Program-made: the position numbers and the translations under genes | NCBI GenBank assembly: GCA_015064285.1 | Contig: SVSN01000008.1 | Span: 9,498 to 73,497 of the forward strand | Origin: Oscillospiraceae bacterium | Lineage (GTDB): Bacteria; Bacillota; Clostridia; Oscillospirales; CAG-272 | DNA length: 64,000 bases | Direction of reading: 5' to 3' | The notes under the pieces: model-generated | Database searches by the model: none | What the model was told of the DNA's origin: nothing | Seen by the model: the letters and a program-made list of their open reading frames with translations, nothing else | In this document: piece by piece, positions 1-8,610 of the stretch | Layout: the number at the start of each line of letters is the position of its first letter | How positions within the stretch are numbered: the first letter of the stretch is position 1

Positions 1-508
1 TCAGTGACTGGTGTACGGCATCTGTGTTGGTGCCGTCTGTACGGACATAGACCAGCGAATAGGCAAAGGAGCCCACTGCCGATTCTGACAGCACAATGTC
101 GGTGATTCCAGCCGTGTCCGCCAGTCCGGTATTGTACTGTACGGCGTCTGCATCACTCATGTCCAGTGCACGGGTTTCCACCGCCATGGGCAGAACTTCA
201 CTGCACAGGGAATACAGGTTGTTGGAAATAAACCGTACCGCATCCTCGGCGCTTTTTACGGAATCCACCGGTTCAGGATCTATAGTAGGCTGGTCTGCAG
301 TATTGTTGTCTGCGCCGTTATCCGGATTGACATTGTTCTGATCGCCTGTCTGGCCATCCTGTCCATTGTTCTGCTGAGGCATTCCTGCTGCGGTTTCCGT
401 CTGGGAGGATGTGTCGTCAGCTGTATCTACTTCGGGTGTTCTGCCGCAGGCTGTCATAGAAAGCAGCATGAGCATCGCCATAATCGTACTGATTTTCCGT
501 TTCATCAT
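1..508 (-). CDS. putative secreted lipoprotein, N-terminal part (ORF continues past window start)
   Basis: The minus-strand frame appears open from ATG at 508/505 to position 1 (spot-checked over roughly 361-508). N-terminus MMKRKISTIMAMLMLLSMTACGR is a signal peptide with a lipobox Cys, and AGAGGA RBS lies just upstream. An Asn/Gln/Asp/Thr-rich linker follows. It is missing from the ORF track only because no stop lies inside the window. Confidence 0.55.
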   Translation of the reverse strand, partial: MMKRKISTIMAMLMLLSMTACGRTPEVDTADDTSSQTETAAGMPQQNNGQDGQTGDQNNVNPDNGADNNTADQPTIDPEPVDSVKSAEDAVRFISNNLYSLCSEVLPMAVETRALDMSDADAVQYNTGLADTAGITDIVLSESAVGSFAYSLVYVRTDGTNTDAVHQSL

Positions 509-687
509 ATTTTCCTCTTTTCTTCTGGGATATGCATAGTATGTCACAGAAGCACCGATCCTATACATAAGAATATCTTTCCGAAAAACAGAATGAAATC
601 CGCTCATACTCTTGCGGAATAGAGGATTTTGTGGTATGATATATATGGAAAAATTTTGCCGGATGGAAAAATGATACGAGGATACTT

Positions 688-1347
688 ATGATTACTTACG
701 AACAGATAAAAAATAATGAAAATATCCGTACCTATATCACCAAAGCAGACCAGGCGCTGGCTGCAATGGGATACACGGATCATTCTTTTGGCCATGTGGT
801 GAAGGTGGCGGAGGAAGCAGGATATATTCTGGAAACCCTGGGATACAGTGACAGACAGGTGGAGCTTGTCAAAATTGCCGGTCTCCTTCACGATATCGGC
901 AATCTGGTGAACCGGGTGGAACATTCCCAGAGCGGTGCTGTGATGGCGTTCCGGATTCTGGACAAGCTGGGAATGGAAGCGGAAGAAATTGCAGATGTGG
1001 TAACCGCCATCGGTAACCATGATGAAGGTACCGGCATTCCCACCGGACCCATTGCTGCCGCACTGTTTCTCGCTGACAAATCCGATGTGCGCCGGAGCCG
1101 CGTGAGAAACCGGGATATTCCTTCCTTTGATATTCACGACCGGGTAAACTATTCTGTTATCCATTCTGCCCTGAAGATCAACGAAGAGAAAACCGAAATC
1201 CGGCTGTCTCTGGAAATTGAGACCCAGTACAGCTCCGTGACCGAGTATTTTGAAATTTTCCTGGAACGGATGATTCTGTGCCGGAAAGCAGCGGAAAAAC
1301 TGGGGCTGCAGTTCCGCCTGGTGATCAACGATCAGATTCTGATGTGA
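688..1347 (+). CDS. HD-domain metal-dependent phosphohydrolase
   Basis: 219-aa ORF with a GAGGA RBS. HD-superfamily residues are present (FGHVVKV, LLHDIGN, GNHDEG, LADKSD). Confidence 0.85.
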   Translation: MITYEQIKNNENIRTYITKADQALAAMGYTDHSFGHVVKVAEEAGYILETLGYSDRQVELVKIAGLLHDIGNLVNRVEHSQSGAVMAFRILDKLGMEAEEIADVVTAIGNHDEGTGIPTGPIAAALFLADKSDVRRSRVRNRDIPSFDIHDRVNYSVIHSALKINEEKTEIRLSLEIETQYSSVTEYFEIFLERMILCRKAAEKLGLQFRLVINDQILM

Positions 1348-1758
1348 TTACAGGAACATGGAAACGGCGGCATATGTCACCATGGCGCAGATTACCGGCC
1401 GCAGGGAAGAAAGCACCTGACGAAGCAGGGGATGAGCACCATACCGGACGGAAATTTTTGCCAGAATGGCGACGATGCAGACCGATGGCAGAATACATCC
1501 TGCGGTTGCCGCCGCAGCTCCTGCCAGTCCAGCCGTCTGCCAACCCGTAAAGGATGCGGCATTCAGCGCGACCGGCCCCGGTGTCATTTCTGCAATGGCA
1601 CAGAGACCGGTAAAATCCGCGTCTGTCAGCCAGCCTGTGGCTATTACCGCTTCTTCCCGGATCAATGCAAGAGAGGCATATCCGCCGCCGAAGCTGCATG
1701 CTCCGATTTTCAGAAACCGCAGGAACAATTCTCCGCAGAGAAAGAGCAGTTTATGCAT
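1348..1758 (-). CDS. chromate transporter family protein (half-size ChrA, downstream member of pair)
   Basis: Internal start MHKLLFLCGELFLRFLKIGACSFGGGYASL matches the typical ChrA-family N-terminus. It overlaps the upstream paralogue by 8 nt. The longer track ORF (to 1839) would overlap the upstream gene extensively. Confidence 0.75.
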   Translation of the reverse strand: MHKLLFLCGELFLRFLKIGACSFGGGYASLALIREEAVIATGWLTDADFTGLCAIAEMTPGPVALNAASFTGWQTAGLAGAAAATAGCILPSVCIVAILAKISVRYGAHPLLRQVLSSLRPVICAMVTYAAVSMFL

Positions 1759-2305
1759 GTTTTTTTCCTCCGTAATACCGGATAACGGAAAAGATGGCGG
1801 CAGCTGCCAGAAACCAGATGCTCTGTACCCGGAATACAAGAAGCCCTGTCAGCGTAATGGTAAATACAACGCGGAAAAACAGAGTGTTCAGCTGTTTCCG
1901 ACAGAGAGAGACGGCAATTCCGGAAAGATACAATCCGAGGAGAATTCGTATGGCAGGCAGGAGAAACGTGATTGCACCACTGTTTCTGACCATTCCGTAC
2001 AGGGAACCCAGCAGACACATGATGCCGAAAGGCGGCAGTATGCAGCCGAGCATGGATACTGCAGCACCCGCAGTGCCGCGCAGTTTGTTACCCGCCAGTA
2101 AAGAAGCATTTACGGCAACAGCACCCGGTGCGCTCTGTGCCAGAGATGTAATATCCAGCATTTCCTCCTCACTCAGCCAACCAAGTCTGCGGACATATAT
2201 TTTTCCCATCATGGAAAGAATCACAAATCCTCCGCCGATGGTAGTGCCGGATAGAAGGAAAGACCGGCAGAAAAGCTGCCATAAAGTTACGTGTTGGGTC
2301 TGCAT
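1751..2305 (-). CDS. chromate transporter family protein (half-size ChrA, upstream member of pair)
   Basis: 184-aa polytopic membrane ORF. It carries the ChrA-like motif SGTTIGGGFVILSMM and is paired with a second half-size paralogue, as is usual for short-chain CHR transporters. Confidence 0.75.
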   Translation of the reverse strand: MQTQHVTLWQLFCRSFLLSGTTIGGGFVILSMMGKIYVRRLGWLSEEEMLDITSLAQSAPGAVAVNASLLAGNKLRGTAGAAVSMLGCILPPFGIMCLLGSLYGMVRNSGAITFLLPAIRILLGLYLSGIAVSLCRKQLNTLFFRVVFTITLTGLLVFRVQSIWFLAAAAIFSVIRYYGGKKHA

Positions 2306-2417
2306 GATCTGTACCTGCCTGTAAAATTGGTTCTGTTACAGTATAGCACAGGTAGAAAGATTTGTAAAATCATATGTTTTGATTAAAATTATATAGATTA
2401 ACTTATAGGAGAATACT

Positions 2418-3302
2418 ATGACACTGCGGCATATCCGCATATTTGAAGCGGTCTGCCAGACGGACTGTAACCTGACAAAAGCGGCGGCGCAGCTGCACAT
2501 GACACAGCCTGCCGTTTCACTCGCGGTCAGCGATCTGGAGAATTACTACGGCGTGAAGCTGTTTGAACGGATAAACAGGCGGCTGTATCTCAGCGAAGCC
2601 GGAAAACAGTTCCGTGTGTACGCCAAGGGGATTCTGATGACCTTTGACGATATGGAAAAAAGCATCCGCAACTGGGACGCTTTCGGCAGAATCCGCGTAG
2701 GCGCCAGCATTTCCATTGGTTCGGCTCTGATGCCGGATTTTGCAAAAACTTTTGCTGTGGAATGTCCGGAAACCGATTTGCAGGTACGTATAGACCGTTC
2801 AGACAGGCTGCAGGAAGCTCTCCTTGCCGGAGAACTGGACATGGCACTGATCGAAGGGATTGTACATGATGAGAACCTGCTGGCGGAAGAATTTATGGAA
2901 GATTCTCTGGCAGTGATTGCGTCGCCCGGGCTGCCGCTGCCGGAAGGTGTGCTTTCTCCGGAGATCTTTCTGGCCCAACGGTTTCTTCTTCGGGAAACGG
3001 GTAGCGGGACGAGAGAGATCTTTGCCGGGGTTCTGACCTCTGCCGGGTATGCCGTACCGGATCCGGCATGGGAAAGTCTGAGCACAGCTGCTCTGATTCA
3101 TGCAGCTGAAGCGGGATTGGGGATCGCGGTTGTCCCCCGGAGAATGGTCAGCGAAAAAGCAAATCTGCGGTTCCTGACTGTGGAAGGACTGACATTCCGC
3201 CGGAAATATCAGATTGTTTATCATAAGAATAAGTTCCTGACCTCTGCCGGAAAGCATTTTCTGGAAATCTGCAGACAGGCAGGAACAGAAAACCATAAGT
3301 AA
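2418..3302 (+). CDS. LysR-family transcriptional regulator
   Basis: N-terminal wHTH (LRHIRIFEAVCQTDCNLTKAAAQLHMTQPAVSLAVSDLE) followed by a LysR substrate-binding domain. It is divergent from the chromate-transporter pair. Confidence 0.9.
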   Translation: MTLRHIRIFEAVCQTDCNLTKAAAQLHMTQPAVSLAVSDLENYYGVKLFERINRRLYLSEAGKQFRVYAKGILMTFDDMEKSIRNWDAFGRIRVGASISIGSALMPDFAKTFAVECPETDLQVRIDRSDRLQEALLAGELDMALIEGIVHDENLLAEEFMEDSLAVIASPGLPLPEGVLSPEIFLAQRFLLRETGSGTREIFAGVLTSAGYAVPDPAWESLSTAALIHAAEAGLGIAVVPRRMVSEKANLRFLTVEGLTFRRKYQIVYHKNKFLTSAGKHFLEICRQAGTENHK

Positions 3303-3324
3303 TACGATCGAGAGGATTTTTGAT

Positions 3325-4239
3325 ATGCCTGAAACCAATTCCATCATCAAACGTGCCATCACCGATGACGGCAGTGCCCGTGTGTTTTTCATTGACAGTA
3401 CCGCCATTGTGCGCCGTTCCTGTGAGATCCACCATACTTCCAAAACCATGACTGCTGTGCTTGGCCGTACCCTTACAGCAGCTTCCCTGATGGGAACCCT
3501 GCTGAAGGATCGTGACAACTCTCTGACTCTGCAGCTGCGTGGTGACGGCCCTGCCGGGTATGTTGTCTGCGTCAGTGACTATATGGGCAACGTCCGTGGA
3601 TACGCAGAAAACCCCGATGCGGAACTGCCGCCCAACGATCTGGGAAAACTGGATGTCGGCGGTGCGGTAGGCCGTGGTACCATGTATGTCATCAAGGATC
3701 TGGGACTGAATGAACCCTATATCGGCGTATGCCCGCTGGTGTCCGGTGAAGTTGCAGAAGATGTAACTCAGTATTTTGCCACCAGTGAACAGACACCAAC
3801 CGTATGTGCACTTGGTGTGCGTGTGGGTCAGGACAATATGTGCTTTGCTGCCGGGGGATATTTGCTGCAGCTGATGCCCGGTGCAGAAGAAAGCGTGATC
3901 GACCGGCTGGAAACCAATATCAACATGATGGGTTCCGTGTCCAGGCTGATTGCAGACGGTGTGAGCGGGGATGAAATCATCGGTATGATCTTTTCCGGTA
4001 TCGAATATACCATGTTCGACGAGTTCGAAGCCGCTTACAAATGTACCTGCAACAGAGACAAATACAAGAATGCCCTTGTAACCCTGAACGAAAAAGATAT
4101 GAACGAGCTGGTGGAAGCGGGCGAACCCATCGAAACCAACTGCCGATTCTGCGGAAATAAGTTTGTGTTCGAGCTGGAGGAAATCCTGACCGCCAGAGCC
4201 GAACGGAAAGCGGAAAACGAAGAAGAAAACGAAGAATAA
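3325..4239 (+). CDS. hslO: redox-regulated chaperone Hsp33
   Basis: Hsp33 length and architecture, with the C-terminal zinc centre CTC...CRFC (KCTCNRDKY ... NCRFCGNKF). Confidence 0.9.
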   Translation: MPETNSIIKRAITDDGSARVFFIDSTAIVRRSCEIHHTSKTMTAVLGRTLTAASLMGTLLKDRDNSLTLQLRGDGPAGYVVCVSDYMGNVRGYAENPDAELPPNDLGKLDVGGAVGRGTMYVIKDLGLNEPYIGVCPLVSGEVAEDVTQYFATSEQTPTVCALGVRVGQDNMCFAAGGYLLQLMPGAEESVIDRLETNINMMGSVSRLIADGVSGDEIIGMIFSGIEYTMFDEFEAAYKCTCNRDKYKNALVTLNEKDMNELVEAGEPIETNCRFCGNKFVFELEEILTARAERKAENEEENEE

Positions 4240-4248
4240 GCAATAAAA

Positions 4249-4284
4249 CAAAGCCTGCAGGTTCAAAAACGACCCGCAGGCTTT
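4249..4284. terminator. bidirectional intrinsic terminator between hslO and the convergent lipoprotein gene
   Basis: Hairpin AAAGCCTGCAGG / CCCGCAGGCTTT, flanked by an A-run upstream and a T-rich run downstream. Confidence 0.7.
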
Positions 4285-4310
4285 CATTCTTAATTCATAA
4301 TTCTGAATTC

Positions 4311-7300
4311 TTAATTAGCATAAGCCGCCTGTCTGCGGAAGTATTCCAGCACACCGTCACGGATACCTTCAGCCGCCTGGGTGATCCCACGGCCGCTGAC
4401 CATCTGTTCATATTCTTCCACACAGGTGATGAATCCTACTTCAATCAGGGTCTGGGGGAACTTGGGACTGCGGCACATGGCCAGCATCTGGGAGGTGGTG
4501 TCTCTGAGAAACCGTCCTGTCCGGTTTGCCACACCAGCACCGACTGTGTCAGCCAGCAGCTTACCGGAATCTGCCCAGTACAGCGGCAGAACACCGCGGA
4601 TCCGTGTGATGTCGGAGGTATAACCCATGGAGTTCTGGTGAATGGAGATACACAGATCCGGTTCTTTTGCCTTCAGAATGTCCATCCGGGCATACAGATC
4701 CAGCGTTATGTCTTCCCGACGGGTCAGTTCCACATCGGCGCCCAACGCCAGAAGCAGCTTTTCCGCTTCCAGGGTGATGAGCAGATTCAGATCTTCTTCA
4801 TTCAGAACGGCGCTGTCTGTGTTCTGGGCACCGGCTGCCCCTCTGTCAGATCCGCCGTGTCCTGCATCCAGAATGATATGTATCCCTTCCAGCGGCTTTG
4901 CACTATCCAGATCCACTGCTATGGGATTGGTGCAGGTGATAACAATGTCGCCGTTTTCGTAATAAAGATCAAAACCGTAGAAATTCCGGTCGCTTTTGAG
5001 AGTCAGTTCGTACCGTACACGGTTTTTCTCTGGTGTACGGGTAATGCTGCAGTCACTGAAGAGAGGATTCTTCCCCACAGTAGCAGTTACTGCGCTGGCT
5101 GCATCTGCATTGTACAGGGTTACGATAAACTTACCGTCTTCTACCCGACCGTAATAGGGGAGATTGTCACCGCCGGTAGTCAGACGAAGTTCCGTGTGCT
5201 CTCCTTTGTCGGAAACCACAGCCTTTTGGATCTGTGCCTTTGCTGACAGATCCGCGGAATAGATTTCATCCACCCATTCTTCCGCAATGAAACCGCCCAT
5301 ACGCAGTTCATAGAAGCCGTTTTTCTGGGCTTTGACGTAATCCGTCATACCGGGAGACTGTACCGTGTAGTCGTTGTAGTAGGAGCTGGTTTCCGTGAAT
5401 TTCAGTTCGGCGTACCGTTCTTTCACTTTTACAGCCAGTTTTGCACCTTCTCCCATGGTACGGATCTGGGCGCTTTCTGCGGCTGCGGTTCCGTCTTTGT
5501 GCGTGACGGAAAAGGTTACGGTTCCGGCATTGTACAGCTGTCCGGGGGATGCTTTCGGCAGCGTAAAGGTACCGCCGTATGTGGCGCCTACATATCCGCC
5601 TGCATCTGTTGTGCGTGCCGGTGTTTCCGTGATGCCCAGTTCAATGGTTACGCCATCCAGTGTAGCGGTTACTTTGGAACCGTAGGGTGCTACACAGGAA
5701 ACCCACTGTTTGCTTTCAGCGGTCGTAATTTTCTGAGAAGGGAATACGGAAACCGCTTTTACGGTGTCCAGTATGGTAAGGCCGTCCCCCTGGGCTGTGG
5801 AGGTACCGCCGGTTTTGTACTGCAGGGTATAGGTGAAGGTTTCCTCTCCCTGAGTGAAAGTAAACTTGTTTTCGCCGTACTTCAGTTTTACCATCACGGA
5901 GAAGAAGCCGCTCTTGGTACGGCCGATTTTCTTTCCGTCCATATACAGCGGTAAGGAAGGATCGGAGATCCCGATAACATAGGTGGTATCGGCGGTCATC
6001 ACAGAACCGTCAGCCGGTGTGGAGATCTTTACTGGCTGACCATTGGAAACCACTTCAGAATAGATAATTTCGTTTTCATAAACGCGTTTCAGTTCCTCGG
6101 AAGCACCGTTGGTATTCTTGTTGATTTCATCGTAACCATAGAATACGCTGCCCTTGTAGGAAAGTTCACTGCGGGCAAAGGTGATCTGTTCGGTCATTTC
6201 CCCCTGGGGATCTGCCCAGTTGCCGTCTTCATACCGGTAGATGGCATGGGAAACATACAGATCCACGCCGGTATTTTCCAGAACGGTATTCCACCAGCGC
6301 ACCAGTACATCATAGGGGGCGGAGGTGGTGGTGAACTGCCAGTACAGCTGGGGGGAGAGATAATCTACAGTACCGGCTTCTACCCAGGCAAGCGCATCAC
6401 AGTAAAGGGCTTTGTAGCCTTCCAGTCCATTGGTGGCGGATCCGCCGTTTTTGCCGTCATCGTTCTGCCAGATCCCGAAAGGAGATACGCCAAAAACGCA
6501 TTCCGGATCAGTACTATGTACGGCATCGTATACCTGCGCAATCAGCTTGTTGATATTGTCTCTGCGCCATGCAGCCAGATCTTCAAATCCGGTGCCGTAT
6601 GCCGTAAATTCCGCCGCATCGTCAAAAACAGCAGGCTTTCCGTCTGCACCATTGGCAGGATAGGGATAGAAATAGTCGTCAAACACGATCCCGTCCACGT
6701 CATACCCGGCAACGATCTCCCTGACGCCGTCAGCTACCAGATCCCGTACTGCGGGAATCCCGGCGTTCAGGTACAGTTTGCCGTCTACATAGGGCACTGT
6801 CCAGTCGGGATTCTGTCTGGCAGGGCTGTTCTCCGGCAGCGTATTTACGTCCGTGGAAGCCATGGTTACCCGAAGGGGATTTACCCAGGCATGGACGAAA
6901 ATATTGTTTTTATGGGCTTCGTTTACGATATATTCCAGCGGGTCAAAACCCAGAGTTCCGTTTGTGGAGATAAAGGGAGATACGGGGAAGATATCGCTTT
7001 TGTAAAGCGCATCACAGGTGGGACGAACCTGGAAGAAAATGGTGTTGAGTCCGTTTTCCAGACAGGTGGCAATGATGGCGTCGATTTCAGCCTGCAGTGC
7101 GGCAGCATCCAGATCGGTGGCGGACGGATAGTCGATGTTGTACACAGAGGCGATCCAGACGCCTCTGACCTCCGAGCTGGGGTCGATGATATTGGTGGTG
7201 GTCATATTTTCCTCCGTAGGCTGCATGGGGACCAGGTTCAGTGAGATGGCCTGAACCCCGCAGGATGTCAGGATAATCATAATGGTAATCAGCAGCGGCA

Positions 7301-7328
7301 GAAGAGTGTTCCGGGGGGTAATGCGCAT
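4311..7328 (-). CDS. lipoprotein fusing a GH10-like (GHL10/YngK-type) domain to a C-terminal N-acetylmuramoyl-L-alanine amidase (Amidase_3)
   Basis: 1005 aa. Lipobox ILTSCG at the N-terminus. The GHL10-type N-terminal region begins EVRGVWIASVYNIDYPS. The C-terminal MurNAc-LAA motifs are IILDAGHGGSDRGAAG ... ISIHQNS ... EVGFI. Confidence 0.85.
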   Translation of the reverse strand: MRITPRNTLLPLLITIMIILTSCGVQAISLNLVPMQPTEENMTTTNIIDPSSEVRGVWIASVYNIDYPSATDLDAAALQAEIDAIIATCLENGLNTIFFQVRPTCDALYKSDIFPVSPFISTNGTLGFDPLEYIVNEAHKNNIFVHAWVNPLRVTMASTDVNTLPENSPARQNPDWTVPYVDGKLYLNAGIPAVRDLVADGVREIVAGYDVDGIVFDDYFYPYPANGADGKPAVFDDAAEFTAYGTGFEDLAAWRRDNINKLIAQVYDAVHSTDPECVFGVSPFGIWQNDDGKNGGSATNGLEGYKALYCDALAWVEAGTVDYLSPQLYWQFTTTSAPYDVLVRWWNTVLENTGVDLYVSHAIYRYEDGNWADPQGEMTEQITFARSELSYKGSVFYGYDEINKNTNGASEELKRVYENEIIYSEVVSNGQPVKISTPADGSVMTADTTYVIGISDPSLPLYMDGKKIGRTKSGFFSVMVKLKYGENKFTFTQGEETFTYTLQYKTGGTSTAQGDGLTILDTVKAVSVFPSQKITTAESKQWVSCVAPYGSKVTATLDGVTIELGITETPARTTDAGGYVGATYGGTFTLPKASPGQLYNAGTVTFSVTHKDGTAAAESAQIRTMGEGAKLAVKVKERYAELKFTETSSYYNDYTVQSPGMTDYVKAQKNGFYELRMGGFIAEEWVDEIYSADLSAKAQIQKAVVSDKGEHTELRLTTGGDNLPYYGRVEDGKFIVTLYNADAASAVTATVGKNPLFSDCSITRTPEKNRVRYELTLKSDRNFYGFDLYYENGDIVITCTNPIAVDLDSAKPLEGIHIILDAGHGGSDRGAAGAQNTDSAVLNEEDLNLLITLEAEKLLLALGADVELTRREDITLDLYARMDILKAKEPDLCISIHQNSMGYTSDITRIRGVLPLYWADSGKLLADTVGAGVANRTGRFLRDTTSQMLAMCRSPKFPQTLIEVGFITCVEEYEQMVSGRGITQAAEGIRDGVLEYFRRQAAYAN

Positions 7329-7588
7329 GAGCGTTTTCCTTTCCTGGCAGCATTCGACATTTTTCCTTATAATCTATATTGTACCATACTTCAAGCCGGG
7401 AAATCAACCCCTTTTTTTCAGAAATGGATTGGAAAGATACGGTAATGTAATCTAGGGGAAAGAGGCATTCCGGACTTCGGTTTTTCAGAACTACTGTATG
7501 TATACTGCTGAAAGAAAAGAACGGCTGCCGTACCGGTAACCGTTCCATTGTATTTCTGATTTCTTACTGTATACTTCTTACTTTATGG

Positions 7589-8374
7589 TTAATATTCATA
7601 CACTTCCGCCATAGTGGGCAGAGCCATATATTCCATAGGATCCACATCCTTGCCACCGATGTTCAGCATGAAGTGAAGATGTTCTTCGTCTTCACATTCG
7701 ATCAGTGCGGTATTGCCGGAGCAGGCGATCACCTGACCGGCGGATACGGAAACCCCTGCTCCGATTCCCTCCGGCAGTTCTTCAGCGATCCCCTGATAAA
7801 TGCTGACTGCATCGCCGCTGTGGATGATGGAAATGGTATAGCCCATCATGGGATCATACCAGACATTGCCGATTTTCCCGTCCGCAGCAGCCAGTACGGG
7901 AGAAGCCGGCGCACAGAGAATATCCACACCGGTGTGGGTACGGTAATCGTTCATAGTGGGAGAAAATACCGGAACGGTCACACTGTGCTCACGGAGAACA
8001 GTACCGTTTTTGATGGGGGAAAAGAAAGTTGGCAGAACATCTGTCAGAGCTACAGCGGCTGTTTCTTCAGCTTCTGCGGAGGTTTTCTTCTTTTCGGTTT
8101 CCGGAACGGAAGATTCTGATTCTTTGGTTTTGTCTTCTGTTTTATCAAAGATGCCGGTGTGTTCTTTTTCTGCATCCGGATGCTTGACAGGGGGGAGGGT
8201 TTCCGGTTTGGTGTTTTCTGTTTCCAGCGGTCGGCTGTCTGTTTCCGGCAGGGGGCTTGTCTCCTTTTTGGCAGCCTGGAAGGTCAGAACAGACAATACC
8301 ACTGCTGCCGTCAGCAGTACGGTAAGGGTCAGATACAGAATACGGTTTTGTTTTTTACTGGTAAGATTGGACAT
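7589..8374 (-). CDS. M23-family peptidoglycan endopeptidase, membrane-anchored
   Basis: Start chosen at MSNLTSKKQNRILYLTLTVLL (AAAGGAA RBS, TM anchor). A Glu/Thr/Lys-rich linker precedes an M23 domain with HTGVDI and HLHF motifs. Confidence 0.8.
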   Translation of the reverse strand: MSNLTSKKQNRILYLTLTVLLTAAVVLSVLTFQAAKKETSPLPETDSRPLETENTKPETLPPVKHPDAEKEHTGIFDKTEDKTKESESSVPETEKKKTSAEAEETAAVALTDVLPTFFSPIKNGTVLREHSVTVPVFSPTMNDYRTHTGVDILCAPASPVLAAADGKIGNVWYDPMMGYTISIIHSGDAVSIYQGIAEELPEGIGAGVSVSAGQVIACSGNTALIECEDEEHLHFMLNIGGKDVDPMEYMALPTMAEVYEY

Positions 8375-8610
8375 GGCAAATTCCTTTCGGCGTAATATTT
8401 TCGTTGTACGCAGATAGTTTTGCCCCGGCATGCTGTATTTTATTCGCGCCATGCGTTATTTTTTCGGTCTTTTCGCTGACTGCCCGTATACCCGGAAACA
8501 GATGGTGACAGCATCGGAAGATGTCGGGAAAATCAACAGAATCCCTTGCAAAAAACACATGCCTATGGTATACTGTGTGCAATCGAACCTGAATTTATGG
8601 AGGAATCGTT

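Noticed and set aside
1348-2305. Two chromate-transporter ORFs as a frameshifted single chrA pseudogene
   Set aside because: Each ORF has its own start, with an 8-nt overlap typical of coupled genes. Paired half-size CHR proteins are a known arrangement.
3148-4287. 379-aa minus-strand ORF opposite hslO. Similar long antisense ORFs occur at 6246-7244, 8923-10338, 10368-11306, 11404-12027, 11939-12649, 12667-13407, 13439-15034, 18431-19981, 19534-20880, 20960-22045, 22072-22836, 24167-25030, 25513-26508, 26740-27330, 27754-28527, 28604-29470, 30260-31894, 33747-34502, 34423-35049, 36467-37315, 37348-39219, 41014-41832, 47068-48087, 48139-48987, 49819-50925 and 52120-53472
   Set aside because: Each overlaps, on the opposite strand, a gene with clear family motifs. 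Their translations are low-complexity (His/Gly/Arg/Gln-rich) without motifs or RBSs. I treat them as shadow ORFs of the real genes.
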